Assembly (NCBI RefSeq): GCF_009914755.1 | Contig: NC_060941.1 | Source of the DNA: the human T2T-CHM13v2.0 reference genome, Homo sapiens | Direction: 5' to 3' (one strand) | DNA: 64,000 nt | Shown: positions 13,176 through 28,694 of the stretch, one piece after another | Numbering within the stretch: position 1 is the stretch's first letter | How the letters are laid out: each line of letters opens with the position of its first letter | Made by a program: the position numbers and the translations under genes | Notes under the pieces: model-generated | Seen by the model: the letters and a program-made list of their open reading frames with translations, nothing else | Database searches by the model: none | What the model was told of the DNA's origin: nothing

Positions 13176-16100
13176 GACTAAACTAATCTAGCTCAGAGCA
13201 GGCCCAGTCAGGGTGCTCCTTGTCTACAGGGGTCCAATGAAAGGCATTTAGCCAAATGGTCAGCCAGTTTCACTATTGAGCACACATTATTAGGGGCAGA
13301 GTAGAAAGGGGGTGCCCCAAACAGGCACACGAGTTTGGGGATAGCAGCCTGTGGAAAGTATCAGTGCCTTCATTCTTTGGGGGAGCCCCCAGGTGGGGAG
13401 TGACACAATGGTCAGAACAGGGTGCTGTCAACCAGGGCGGCCTTCCTGGTAGAGGGTGCCTCAAGTCCTCAGTGCTGAACCCCCTTCCACTTCCCAGCTT
13501 TGTGGCCTTGGGCAAGTTACTTCTGTGTTTCGGCTCTGTGGTTCCCCTTTCTGTAAAACAGGTTGTGGTAGTGCCTACCTCGGAGAGTGCTGTGACTTAA
13601 GACTTGTAAGGGGTTTGGAACAGAGCCAGGCCATGGCACGCTCTCTATCAGAGTGATAGATTTTTTCACCACTGTCGTCATTGTCATCATTCTTAGAATT
13701 ATTTTACTGAGCAAATAAAGAGTTAGCAGGTAAGGAGGTCCTCAGCAGATTATAAGTCAGTAAAATGCAAGTGGTGCGGGACCTGGGCAGGACTGGGTCC
13801 CGAGCCTGCGGGGCAGGGATGGAGAGTATGAGGTGGGCACTCTCAGTGCCTCTGGGGATGGTCCTAGGAAAGGAGGTGGTGCACCTCCCAAAGCAGGAGG
13901 AACCAAGAGATGTGATTGTCTAGGTCCTGGAAAAGCTGAGTCCCACTCTTCACCTGACTCATTCTTTAAGAAGGTTCCAGAAAAATCCACTTCTAAGAGC
14001 AAAGCCTACTGAGATCTTAGGCCTGCTACCCTTCAGCCCAGGGCATACCTGGGGGATTGACTCGGAACAGGGGATTCTGGGGAAGGAAGGGCAGAAGGAT
14101 AAGAAGGGAGGAGGGTCCTGAGCTGTCCTCTTGGACTCAGGGCTGCGGTGCTGTGACCAGCCCATCCATGGAGGCCAGCCGCAGGCTAGGGTCGGCTTCT
14201 GGGCTCTGCCACCTGGCAAGGTGCCCAGTGATTGGCTCACCCCCCCACTCCTTCCAGCTGCTCCTCCTCAGCCCTGAAGACAACTCAGTCGGGAACCAGC
14301 CCAAAAGTGGTGGGTGTATTTGTGTGTGGGGAGGGGGGCGGGTAATGTGGGTGGAATTAACTAGGCTTCTGTATTCACAATCCTATTTGTAGCATCATTC
14401 TCACTCGTAAGCTAATTTTAGCCATCCATTCTGCTTCTGTTGCCATTTATAAAATGAGAATGTCAAATGCAATATTAAACAAGCAGGATGAAGGCAAAAA
14501 AGGAAATGCCAGAGAGGCATTTAATAAATGAATCTGGTGTTTACGTGGGAGAGGGAGAGATCCTGCCCCCCACGCATCACACACGCAAGCGCGTGCACAT
14601 GCTGTTTGTGTACAGGCTGTGTTAATGAGAGCAGAGTGATTAGTGTGTTGGGGGAGGCCGGGTGGTTCGGTGGTAAATGTTTGTTGCTCTTTAGGCAGAA
14701 GTAATTTGGCCTGCAGGGAGTGGCCTCCCAGTTGCCTGAGTGGTTCGCTTGCCCTTCATCTGTCCTCTGGCGATGTCAGTGTAGGCAGGGCCAGGGAGGG
14801 CAGTGGTCTGTCTCCTCAGTATCTCAGCACCCAGTGCCTCTGGGCTTTTCTGAACGTGCTGCCACCAGCGTCCCCGTACTCCACCCCCAGGGCGCAGGGT
14901 CATGAGAGGGGAGCATGGAGACCACTAGGAGGGGCTGCCCCCCCTTCTCTTCTGCCTCTTCCCCGCGCAGAAGGCAGGGCATGAACAGTCTGCGCCCGTA
15001 TGCAGCTGCAGAGACCAAGCCCAGAGTAGCGTGGCTCTTGCCTGGACTCTTGCCAATTTCTCTTCTAGTTTCACTCTAGTTTCCCCAGGGCCTGGGAGTT
15101 CTGTCCCTGGTTCTTCCTTTGCCCTCTTCTTTCAGCTGCCTCTGCCTAGAAAAGAAGGCTCAAGCCATACCTTTTATTTTCTCCCTCTTTTAAATAAATG
15201 AAGTTAGGCCCCACGCAGGGCCTCTGGCCCAGCCCACCGTGCCCTGGGGTAAGCACTCCTCCAGCCTTGTGGCGGAACCTGAGCACCTGCTGGAGGCTGA
15301 GGTTTCTTTCCACTTTGAAATGCCCTTGCAGGTTCCCAGAAATGAAAAGGAGGACAGCTGCTGCTGCCACCATCAGCTTTTTCCCCAAATAGTGCGGCCT
15401 GGGAAGCTCTCTTTGCACATCCTGCTGATGAAAGCAGGGAGATGGGACCTACCTGGCCGACAGGTGCAGGGAGGGTTAGGGAGAAAGGCAATGACTGTGT
15501 GCTAAGAATCTGCTGTGCTGGGGAGGCTGCTGCTCTCTCTCTTCCTCTTCACTCCCCATTCTGGGATTTCAGTGAACACAGATGTGACCTGACTTCATCA
15601 CCTTCAAAGGCACTCACCTAGGCTCCATGTGGAGAGGGCAAGGTGTGACTCAACCAACTTTATCCAGTGCAAGCACTTTGTAGGATTAGCTCCGAGAGCC
15701 CTATGGGGTAGGCACAGCTGTCACTGTTTTAGAGATGAGAAAATTGAGGTGCAAAGAAGTTAGTCAGCTGGTCTCAGCTCAGAGAGCCGGCAAGTGGAAC
15801 AGAGATTTAAAGCCAGGAGCCTTAGCCCTAGGCTAGACTGCCGTATAACAGACTAGGAGGCACCCACTCTCAGATCTGGGCAGGGTGGGGGCTGCAGTTA
15901 TTGGGGTACATCTCAGGTGATATTGGGGACCAGCTCCTCTCTACCCATTGCCCAGATTCTGAGGACCTCTGAGGGAAGAGCCACATCTCAGCCACATTCA
16001 TTTCTGTGTCCACACCCAGCCGCTGCTTGGTAAATAGTAGATGCTTAATGTTTATTTTTGGTTTATGACCTATTTTACTTTGCCATCACTGATTGTAATA

Positions 16101-17003
16101 AAACACTGAGCAGAGGAAACAATGGATGAAATTAATTCTGGAAGTGGTAAGGAGATCAGTTGTGGAAGCTAGCATCGGGAAAGGCTTTGTGAACTAGACG
16201 CAGATAGGCCTTGAGGGTTGGGTGGAGAGTGTGGGGAAGGGCTGTGTGAGGTGGGGTGATGGGGGGGGGTGGCTGGCAGCCAGAGACCCAGAGGAGGGAG
16301 CAGGGGTTTTGAAGCTGGGGGTCTATGATTGGATTCTGACTGTGCTTTGTGACCTTGGGCAAGTCATTCCTTAGAACTTCTGTGTCCTTTTCTGCTGTAA
16401 CTACGAGGCGGGTAAGGCCATCGCACAGAGGAAATGAGGCTCCATGCAATGAGGGAGTTGACAACCATGGACATTCTTTGAGGACTTCTGTGTGCCAGGC
16501 ACTGTGCTTTATATCCATTATGTGTATATGTTATGTAATATATGAAAATTACAAGGATGTTGTGGCTGTGCCTAGTTATGGATAGCACTCAATAAACAGT
16601 GCGTGCCTTCCTCCCCAGAGTAACCCTCCTGAGTCAAGATTATAAGTCTAACAGGTCTCTCAATGCCTTTTGCAAACAGGTCTGGGCCATTTATAACATG
16701 CATGTGTCCTGGAAGGTAGACATTCCTGCTGCCTGCCTTTCCCTATGGAAGCTGGCAGCTCCATTTCTGTTTGCACAGTAACCCCTTCCTCTGTAGACTG
16801 CATGGGCAGGTCCCACATCCATGAGGACCTTTTTGCAGTAGAACAAGGAAAGTTATCATTTACAAGTAGGTCCCCTGGTCCTTGGCCACACGCTGGTCCC
16901 TGTCCACAAGGACAGTGCCTGATTATGATGTCTGAGAAGGGAGGAGGGAGGGTCTCTTCCGCTCACTTTCCAGTATCCACAGTGACCAGCTGGGAAGCCT
17001 CTC

Positions 17004-17415
17004 TGTGTTAGGCCGTTCTCGCGTTGCTATAAAGAAATACCTGAGACTGGGTAATTTATTTAAAAAAGAAGTTTAGTTGGCTTACAGTTCAGCGGGTTGT
17101 ACAGGCATGGTGCCAACATCGCTAGGCTTCTGGGGTGGGGCCTCAGGGAGCTTTTACTCACGGAGGAAGGCAAAGTAGGAACAGGCACGTCGCTTGGTGA
17201 AAGCAGGTGCAAGCAAGCGAGAGAGTGCAGGGAGGTGCCACACATTTTTAAGCAACTCCGAGTAAGAGCTCACTCATCACCAAGCAGGTGGCCCAAACCA
17301 TTCACAAGGGATCCACCCCCATGAATCAGAGGCTTCCCACCAGGCCCCACCTCCAACACTGGGGAGTACATTTCAACATGAGATTTGGGCGGAGACAAAT
17401 ATCCAAACTATATGA
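17004..17415 (-). mobile_element. MaLR solo LTR (MST family)
   Basis: TGTGTTAGGCCGTTCTCGCGTTGCTATAAAGAAATACCTGAGACTGGGTAATTTAT...CATGAGATTTGG...ATCCAAACTATA. Confidence 0.88.
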
Positions 17416-19535
17416 CTACCTGAGTTTGCAAAGGAGCAGAAGGGCTTGTACCAGTGAGGGAAAAGGACTGCAGAGTGGTTAGGGACCCTTCCCCTGCCAG
17501 ATTGAAGGACCAGGGCTTCCCAGCACAGCTGCCAGGATTTACAGGGGTGCAATTGCTGCCTCACCAACCCCCTAGCCCCTTATTGGCTTCTTAAGGCCTT
17601 GCCCTCACCTGGCCACATACTCACGCTAGTCAGGAATCCATCTTGGCCTCTGGCCCTGGGCAAGAAGAGCAACAGGATGGAATTGAAACCCTGGAGCAGA
17701 TGTTAGAACTGAGTAGAGGTGACCTGGCTCTCTGAAGCTCACGCAGGAGTGATGGTGACATGCCCATCTCAAGTGGGAGCTGCACATGGAGGGCAGCCGA
17801 GGTTCCTGCGTTTCCCTCCCCGGGCCACTCCACCTCCCCTAGGTGGGTTCCACCCCCTCTCCTTGTTACATCATAGCCTCTTTCTCCAACACATTCAACA
17901 GCTCTCTCTCAGCAGTGCCAGCTTCCTGGGTGTAAGGCCTGAGCCGTCGCTTGGCCCTGTCCTCAGAGGCCCCCCACGCTGGTCTAATGCTCTGCTCTTT
18001 GTTGCCGTCTTGCAAATCCTAGTCATTGTTGGTCAAAGGACCCCTTGTCGTCTTTTTGTCATGGGCCCTGTTCGTTCTGCTGTGAGGCTGACTCAGGGCC
18101 AGGTGCCGTGCAGGTACACAGTAGGAGTTGAACTCTGATCAAGGGCTTGTTTTGTGTTTATCTTCCTTGCTTTGCAAGTTCCTTGAGGGTGGGTCTCCCC
18201 GAATCTTGATTATAAACCTGCAAGAGCCTTACAAAATGTCCTGCTTTTTGTGGGGTCTCCAGAAAGGCTTGTGATTGGCAGAGGGGGCAGGAGAGCAGTG
18301 ACCAGGAAGAAAAAAGGCTGTGGCCACTGGATGGCAAAGGAGGGCTGTGCAGGGAGGTATGTGTGACATGTGGTCTCTGGAGGCCAAGCTCACCCCTCCT
18401 GCCTCAGTAGCAAGATGTGTGTAGCTGTCAGGCTCTAGGCAAGACACTTTACACTTGAGTAGCATCTCCCCTCCTCTTCACCATCTCCCTGGGCAGGGCT
18501 CAGGGCCTAATGTCCGGAGGTGAGGATCTTCAGAGAAACAATGTTGGCCTCAAACCCACCAGAACCTGGCTGGGGAAGAGGTCAAGCTGATCAGGCGCAA
18601 GACCAGGTCAGGCCTCTTATGTCTGTTAGGAAACGCCACAGAAGGACAGATACCCACCCTAGAAGCTGCAGGACCTCCTCTCCTCCTGAGCCCTTTCCTC
18701 CCTCTGCTCCCCTCCCCTTTCTGTTAGCCAGACAGTCAGACGGTCAAGGTTGATACCTGAGCACTGGGGAATTTTATCCATCGAAATAGGCCTCTCCCTC
18801 TGGAGGACTAAACAGTCTCAGACACGACCTGTTTGGAGTGAGAAATGAAACTGCAAACACTGGCCTCTTCAGGCCAAACAGGCTTTCCTTGTCCTGGATG
18901 GTACATCAAGGCCACAGGTCCAGGGCTTGGATTTCCCTCTGGGCCCCAAGGCCGCGTGCTGACTGGGTTCTTTTGTACAGAGACCAGGGAAAAACAAAAG
19001 CCCTTTACTTCCCAAAGCTTGGCATACTCCTCAGACTGCCAGCCACCATCCCCAAAGATGCCAGGGCAGTGAGCTTACCTTTGCAAGGGCTTCGGATCCA
19101 CTGGGGAGGAGTGGCCACTCATAGTAGCTGCAGGGAAGCTGTTCTTGCAGAAGCTCCAGCACCTCCTCTGAAAGCCAGTGCTAAGCATTCCCCGCTAGGG
19201 AGAGGGTGTAACGCAGGGCCACAGCACCCACTCTCCTGGCTTGGGCTGGGGCTATAGGCAGATCGGGATTAACATCCCAGCCCTGCACACAGGTACTGGG
19301 TCTGGACCACAGGTTAGATGTCTGAGTCTGAGCCTCAGTTTCCTGCTCCGTGGGATGGATATATAGCTGTAAAGGTCATTATCGGGTCCGCTGGCAAAAC
19401 AAGCGTATGGAAGGTAAAGTATTGCATTAATGTTAAACGTACTGAGACTGATAACTGTGCTATGATTACGTAAGAAAATGCCCTCATGTTTAGGAAACGC
19501 ATACCAACTTACTCTCAAATGGAAAAAAAAATCCT

Positions 19536-19854
<319 letters not shown>

Positions 19855-20038
19855 TCAGACAGTCATTGCTGCCCAAACCACCAGCAGCAAAGACAGAGAA
19901 GAATTAAACAGAGCTGTCAGCCCTGTTCAGTGAGAGGAAGAGTAGGTGGGTTTGTTTAAAACACTCCCATTACAGTCAGTTAACCTTTATGTTCCCTAAA
20001 TGAAAATTGTATAAACCTGAGATTTCCGTTGATCGGGT

Positions 20039-20422
20039 TGCCTAGGAACAGGCAGCAGGTTTTCATAAGACAATGCAGTAGATTGTCACCGATAGGGCTA
20101 TTAGGAAGTGAGCTGGTTAGCGGTATTATTCCCCTTGCTGGTGTTGGCTTTGGGTAATTATCTGTCTGCCTGTGCGAGACACGCCCATCTTCCTAGGCTT
20201 GGGGCAGGTTCATGCAAATGAGATTTCTCAGCCTGCTCCTCTGGAGTCCTGAAGCCAGTTTTCACCCCTGGGCTTAGGAGAGAAACCTAAAAGAGCCAAT
20301 TTGGATGAGTTTGTTGTTTTCAATCACCTTTCCCCCCTACCTGCAATGACAATATTCTAATAGCCCTATCAGTGACAGTCTATTGCATTATCTTACAAAA
20401 ACCTGCTCCCTGTTGCTTAGCA
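20039..20422. repeat. 68-bp inverted repeat (arms 20039-20106 and 20355-20422), 248-nt spacer
   Basis: Ungapped manual alignment of the left arm to the reverse complement of the right arm: 57/68 identical. Confidence 0.9.
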
Positions 20423-21276
20423 GAAAGCTTAGAAAATAACTAGCAAAATGCCCAATTAAAATTTAAAAACAGAGTGATTCTAAGACAACTTTAGTATGTC
20501 TTTTCAGTATTTTTCCCTATATGATATATGCACTTGTTTATTTTTCAAAAAGTCAGTGACATTTGCTGTTTTCCCGCTTGCAGTTAAAGAAACCCATCAT
20601 ACTGGTTTGCCTGGGACTGAGGGGTTTCCCAGTACCAGTGCATGATTATTATCAACACACTTTTTCATAGCTGCATAGCATTCAATCAGTGTGGATAATC
20701 CAAACTCAGCTAATTCCCTGTTCTTCTATATTTTAGGTATTTCCTTTTATTAAAAAAAAAATTCTAATTCCGGTAGGGCAAATTCCTAGAGGTAAGATTA
20801 CTAGGTGTATGTATAAATTTATGGCTTTTGATGTAGTGTCTGGTTGCCCTCCAGAAAAATACGTGCCAATTTCCACCCCTCCACATTATACCCTCAGAAA
20901 CCCTTACATCAAACAATGCTTTCATCACTGTCAATCTGTGGGCAAAAAATATGCTTCATCTTGGGGAATGTGTTCTTTATTAGCCGTCTGTGAATTGTCT
21001 ACTCCTGTCTTTTACCCATGTCTGTTTTGGGATGCTCATCTCTTTTAATCTATAGAACTCTGTATTAAGCATATTAGTCGTGAATGTTGAACCATTTTGT
21101 CCACTTTTTAAGGCATTTGTGGTTATTCTTGAAAGAGCAAGAGTAATACCTGTTGTCCGGTGTCTTTGAAGAAAGGTGACTTATATCTTAGGTAATTATA
21201 GCATCCCCCTAACCTTGAGCACTAAAATATTTTTTGATTGAAGTATTTGGGATGTGAGTATCTCCAAAATGGATAA

Positions 21277-21681
<405 letters not shown>

Positions 21682-21775
21682 TGAACAATAGCAATTTTCT
21701 GTGTTACAGTGATACCTCAGCAGCTGTTGAACTATGTAGAGCTTTTGTTCCTATACCATATGGCCCAGACTGCTC

Positions 21776-21851
21776 TTTAAATAAGATACCTGTTTCTTGT
21801 CTTTTCTCCGTCATTTAAATAAGATACCTGTTTCTTGTCTTTTCTCCGTCA
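21776..21851. repeat. Perfect 38-bp tandem duplication
   Basis: TTTAAATAAGATACCTGTTTCTTGTCTTTTCTCCGTCA at 21776 and 21814. Confidence 0.95.
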
Positions 21852-22346
21852 CTATCAGGCGGCCATGCTGTTTCTTTTGGCTGTTAAAAGCATCCGTGCC
21901 TTACCCTGCAACATCCCATCTTCATCAGCAGTGGGATTGATGACTGGCTAACAATGCTTGTTAAATTTCTCTGTAAACAAAAAGCAAATAAGTGCTAATA
22001 AGCACAGGCCTAAGGCGCTCTGGTAAAACAGTGAAGGAGCTTCCGAGGGCCACAGTTTTACTTATTCCCTGAGGTTTATAGTTCGCATAGTTAAGGTTAT
22101 TAAATAAGTGACCTCTGGGTATACAAGCAGATTAGCATGAAGAAATTTGAGAGTCAGAAGGGAAACAGAAAGGGGAGATTAGCAACCACTTGAAAATGTA
22201 GCTGCAAATGAGAAACTAGTAATCCAGATGAACAGAATCAGTGTTTAATCTTATTACTTCCCTCAGGAGTGTGGTGGTGGTGTAGGTTTTGTGGAAATGT
22301 GGCATTGCTGACCTAGAAATTCTAAAGATCTGGTTTGTAGGCCTGA

Positions 22347-22690
<344 letters not shown>

Positions 22691-23229
22691 AACACAAAAC
22701 TTCTGATGCTCTGTTTTCTCATCTGTGAACTGGAGCTAAGGCTAAGTGGTCTGTCTGTTTAATAAGAGTTTGAATCAGATGGCCTGGCATGAAGAGTCAC
22801 TGGCCTGAGAGAATGTCAGGGGCATTTGTAAATGTGTAAAGGGCTGAAAAATCCTGAGGGATTATTATTATTGCTATTGTTGTTATTATTCACAGACACA
22901 TCCAACAGCCATTGTCTGCCTCCTTATCTGTCATGCTTTCTGCACGAGCGTCAGCCTGAGCTTCAATCTGTGTGTATATCTGCAGCTTACGTCCTTGCCA
23001 CCCCTCCAGAACCCAGTTTCATCCTTGTAGGTTTTTCCGAAGCAGGATTTGCACAAGTGGCGTGTTTTCTTAAGTATTTATTTTGCAGGCCATTTACTCG
23101 GCATGGCTATTTTTACAGTGGGTAAGGAGCAAGGCTAAAAATAACTTAGCTCATAACCAGACAGGTTCTGCATTTGACATTTACGTGGAATTCATTTGCA
23201 TCTCATTTGTTCGCCTTTCTGTTTAACAG

Positions 23230-23344
23230 GTAGAATGTAAGAAAGCTCAGCCGAAAGAAGTCATGTTCCCACCTGGGACAAGAGGCCGGGCCCGGGGACT
23301 GCCTTACACCATGGACGCGTTCATGCTTGGCATGGGGATGCTGG
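23230..23344 (+). CDS. MSI2: MSI2 coding exon (approx. exon 9, 115 nt): [38 protein letters not shown](G)
   Basis: Acceptor TTTAACAG (AG 23228-23229), donor TGG|GTGAGT at 23345. Phase 0 join to the previous exon gives [14 protein letters not shown], the end of Musashi RRM2. Confidence 0.97.
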
Positions 23345-23516
23345 GTGAGTCTGGACAGGACCGCAGGTCACCATGGACTGGGAGGGCTATGGAGGCCTCT
23401 ACTCCCAACTGGGTCACCTACCAGTGGGGCAAACTGCTTCACCTTTCTAAGCCTCAGTTTCCTTGTCTGTAGATGAGGATGATAATTCCCCGTTCCAAGA
23501 CAGTTGTGATGATTAA

Positions 23517-23565
23517 GTGTGGGTGTGTGTGTGTGCATGCATGTGTGTGTGTGTGTGTGTGTGTT
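23517..23565. repeat. Interrupted (TG)n microsatellite containing TGCATGCATG
   Basis: Direct reading, about 175 nt downstream of the exon 9 donor. Confidence 0.9.
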
Positions 23566-24921
23566 TGTATTTATAATATTGCCCCATGCCTGGCTTATAG
23601 GATATGTTAGACTATTTTCTCTCTTTTCCATCTCCTTCCTCAAAAGAAGGAAAAGTCCCCCTCTATCTGCCTCAGCCCTCTCATCTGAGTGGGAGTTCTT
23701 AAGATGTAAGGACTCCTGGCTGACTTGACTTGTGTGGGCTAAGGCTACGTTTTCTAAAACTTGGGAGAGGAGGGAAGTGGTAAGGGTGGGCGATAATCCT
23801 GTCTATTTAAATGATTAACATTTTTCTCTTGGGATATCAAAATTTGCATTTAAATGGATGTTTTAAATAGCCTGTTTTACTCTTTATTTGCCAAAAAAAA
23901 AAAAAAGATGAAAGACAAAGTGTGTTTGTTCTGACTAAAAATGATTTCTCCTGGCTTTTAGAGAAATTGAGTTGCATATTATGTCCCTTTCCTTAAAAGT
24001 ATCTCTGTCCGTCCTGCGTAGATAATTGAAAATCTTACCGCTTAAATGGCATGAAAGATGGAGAAAGCAGTGGAGATGCGTAATGGTGTAGGTCGCAACA
24101 ATAATTAGAAATTTAAAGGCGAGAGAATGGTATTTTAGTGCAAGTTATTGTGTGTCAGGAAAATACTAATTAAGTGGGATAAATGGTAGTTAATGGTAAA
24201 ATTCCATTCAGGCACATGAGCTGTCTAGTGTTAATGGATTTTCATTTGGTTTGGCTAAGAGTCCCACTTCTACATTGTTTGATAAGCCCTTTCTATATTT
24301 TCAGATTTGCTGCTGTTTAAATCACTTCTGGCTTAATTTTAAATTTATAAAACATCTTGTGGTCTGACAAAGAATTGTATCTACTTGTCTGAGGAAATAA
24401 CAAGGGCAGGTAAAACTATTTTGAGGAACTTTATGAAATAGAAAAAGATGCCAGGAGAATATTAAAAATGGCCATGATGTTAATTCTCCTCATATGAATT
24501 TTTTAGGCTTAACAGAGTTTCAAAGAGAAATCCTATTGTAATTTTTTTAAATTGGCCAGATGTTTCTAAAACTTATCCCTGGAAGAAGAAACAAGTGAGA
24601 ATAAATGAGAAAATGTTTTTAAAAAGAGGAATGAGAAAAGACCAACAGTGAGAATGTAACACAAAGCTACAGTAACTAAAACAGTATGGTATATGGGAAT
24701 GCACCAGTTGATAGAAAAGGGTAGAGTCTAAACTAAATATACCTATATTTAAGAGTGTGATTTTAAAAATCAGTGATAATTATTTCCTGGTTCACTACAA
24801 GATAATTCCTTAGCTCCTCCTTTAAAAAATAATTTTTATTAGGTCTTTATGTTTTATATCAAAAGAAACTCTAAGCTGGTAGTTTTAAATGGTGAAATCA
24901 ACCCTGAAAGAAGGAGAGTTG

Positions 24922-25663
<742 letters not shown>

Positions 25664-25692
25664 GAAAAAATATAAAATAAGAAAGAGTTGGG

Positions 25693-26150
<458 letters not shown>

Positions 26151-28694
26151 AAGAAAGAGTTGAGCCTATTACCACCTACTGGGTTTTAGAGTCTTGAATT
26201 TAAAATGAGCATAAAGGCCCTACAGCATAAAATGGAAGACCTTCAGGATCCAACTTCAGGAAATTTCCCACCTTTCTGAGTCTAACTTGGTACCCTCTGC
26301 ATGCTGGGAAGAAGGAACTGGTTTTCATCTGGGAGAAGCAAAGGTGTGAAGCGGAGCCAGCTCAGGTCCTGTCAGTTGACAAAGAGCAAAGAGTGCTCAG
26401 CCTCCCAGACTCCGAGCAAAGGCTCAGGCCCACATCTCCATAATCACCCAAGCAGGGATCCCTGAACAGAAGGGTACCTAACATTTCATCATGGGAACAC
26501 AGGTAGGGAGGCGGGGCAGGAGGCAAGGGGCAAGAGCACCTGCTGCGTGACCAGCCCTGGGTAGCCTTGGGACACAGTGCTTCACAAGCAGATGTGCTTC
26601 CTGCCCTCCGCGAGCTTGTGGTCTATACAGAGAGCCTGATGCGTAACATGAATTGCACAGATGCCTGATGATCATCATAGAGTCTGGGGGTGGTTGGAGA
26701 GCACGTCATGAGGAGTGGAAGCCAGTCTTAGGAATCAGGGAAGTGGCATTTCAGCAGAAATGAGAAGGATGAGTAAGGCAGGGGCCTTCCATTCGGAATA
26801 AACAGGCTTGGAACACGAGGACCCTACTGTGGGACCTTGAGAGCCAACGAGCCTGGCCACGTGTGTGTGGGAAGGTGGGGAGAGGCAGGCCCAGGGGCTC
26901 CAGGGTTGGCTTTGCCTGCAGCTCGTGGGCAGACCCGAGTGGCCCCTTCCTGAGAGCACCTACTGAGGTGGTAGGAGACAGCACTGGTCCCTGCGCTTAT
27001 CTGGACAGCATCTGAACAGCGCCTGCTCGCTGGGGGATGGATATGTGATGCCTGCCAGGAGCTTACTCATCTGCCCAGCTCTTCCCCCGTCTACTCACAG
27101 TTCAAGTTATGACTTCCCCAAGCCACAGTAAAGAAGGGGCTGTTAGGTAAAGATATTGTTGCAGTTCAGAGCCTATTGTTCTTGAGTTATAACCTCCGCA
27201 GCCCCACCCTGCTGCTGAAGGCCTTTGCCTTTTGCCTGCTGTAGCTGTGGTTGTGCCTAACCCCAGACCCTATCCAGCCCAACCCCAGGTCACAGAGGCA
27301 CTAGTCTTCTTCTAACCAAGTAGAGAACCCTTTGGATGGAATGGATGGGGTCAGCCCTAGCCAGAGCAGGGCTCCAGCAAGGGAGGCCGTGTGGTCCAGA
27401 GGCAAGAGCTTGGGACTTCAGAATCAGCAGACCTGGACTCTTCACTCTATCAGCTGTGTGATTTGGGGCAAGTGGCTTAGCCTCTCTATTCTTCATTTAT
27501 CCTACCCATGGGGTAATAATCTTACTTCATGGGGTTGTTCAGGGATAAATGCAACTGTATCTTGCCTGGTAAATGCTGTATTTAGTCTAATCTGAGATGC
27601 CATGGCTAGTAAGATGTATGTTCATGTACTCTTCAGAAAGAAAAAATATGCTATTAATTAAACCGCATAATGCTTTCTTATCACATTGGCTGCAAGATAG
27701 ATCCCACTTTCAGAGAAGTTAAAGTGTGGAAAAGATGTGTGTCTTCAAATCAGCAAGGTATCGTAGCATGTACTCAAGCTGGGAGTTGTTATTAACAAGG
27801 CACTAGGAAGCCCTACCACTTGGACTTCCTTACCACCCAAGGCTGAGAACCTAGCTAGACTCACGAATGTGACCTGTGCTGTGGCAACTGCGGCCTCTTT
27901 CTCCTTGTGGACTCCCAGCCCAAGGAGTTTGGATTATTCTTGAGTAGCCACCTTCTGACAAAGATCTGTGTGCTGGATTCCAGGCCTCATCAGCCCTGGG
28001 CCCTCCTGAATTTCCCAGTGACTGTGGTGAGGCCATCCATATGCACTGAGCAGGGTCTCCTAAGATGTCCCAAAATGTGTCCTTCAGCCAGGAACCAGCT
28101 CAGCCAGAGGTCCAGGCAGAAGGGATGAATCAGATACAGTGTCAAGTTGTATCTGAGGAGATACAGGCCTCCCCAGCCATCACAGAGCCTCCTCCTGAGC
28201 CCTCTGTAAAGCATCCACTGGGAACTCCCTGGGCTGCCCTCTGTTTTGCCCATTGGCCCAGCTTGGCCCTCTGGGTCTATGGACTCTCTAAGCGAGGAGA
28301 CTGCCATTTGCTGTGCTATGATGGAAGCCCTTGACTCTGTCATCAAAGACTGTTTCTCTTTCTTCTTGCTTCTTCCCTCGAAAGTGGTAGTGTAGCATCA
28401 GGCAGAGTCAAATCTTTTGGTAGCATGGCCTGACATGACCCCATCAGTTACATGGGTCACCATCTCCACCGAGCACTATGCCTGCATATTAGTCCTGGAA
28501 GCACTACCATCCTCACCAACAGCAATCTGGCTGATGAACTTGACTCATGCAGAAAAACATTTTCTTAAAGTTAACTAACCAATGAAATTAGACGAGGTTT
28601 CCATGATTTAAACTTTTATTATTGAAAGAGTGGAAAAATAAATAGCACTTCTAGGGATTTTTTAGAAGTGAGACTATAAACCATTAAAACATTA

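Noticed and set aside
22832-23125. 97-aa ORF with a Leu run resembling a signal peptide
   Set aside because: The Leu run comes from a degenerate (TTA/TTG)n repeat in intronic sequence; no promoter or homology evidence. Only its splice-site content was kept as a finding.
23225-23236. CAG|GTAGAA at the start of exon 9 as a recursive splice site or +4 acceptor
   Set aside because: Explained by the Val-Glu codons; the reconstituted donor is weak and there is no other support.
23893-23906. A-run after exon 9 as a transcript end
   Set aside because: No upstream hexamer; genomic A-runs (also the Alu linkers at about 6827 and 54537) cause oligo-dT internal priming artefacts.
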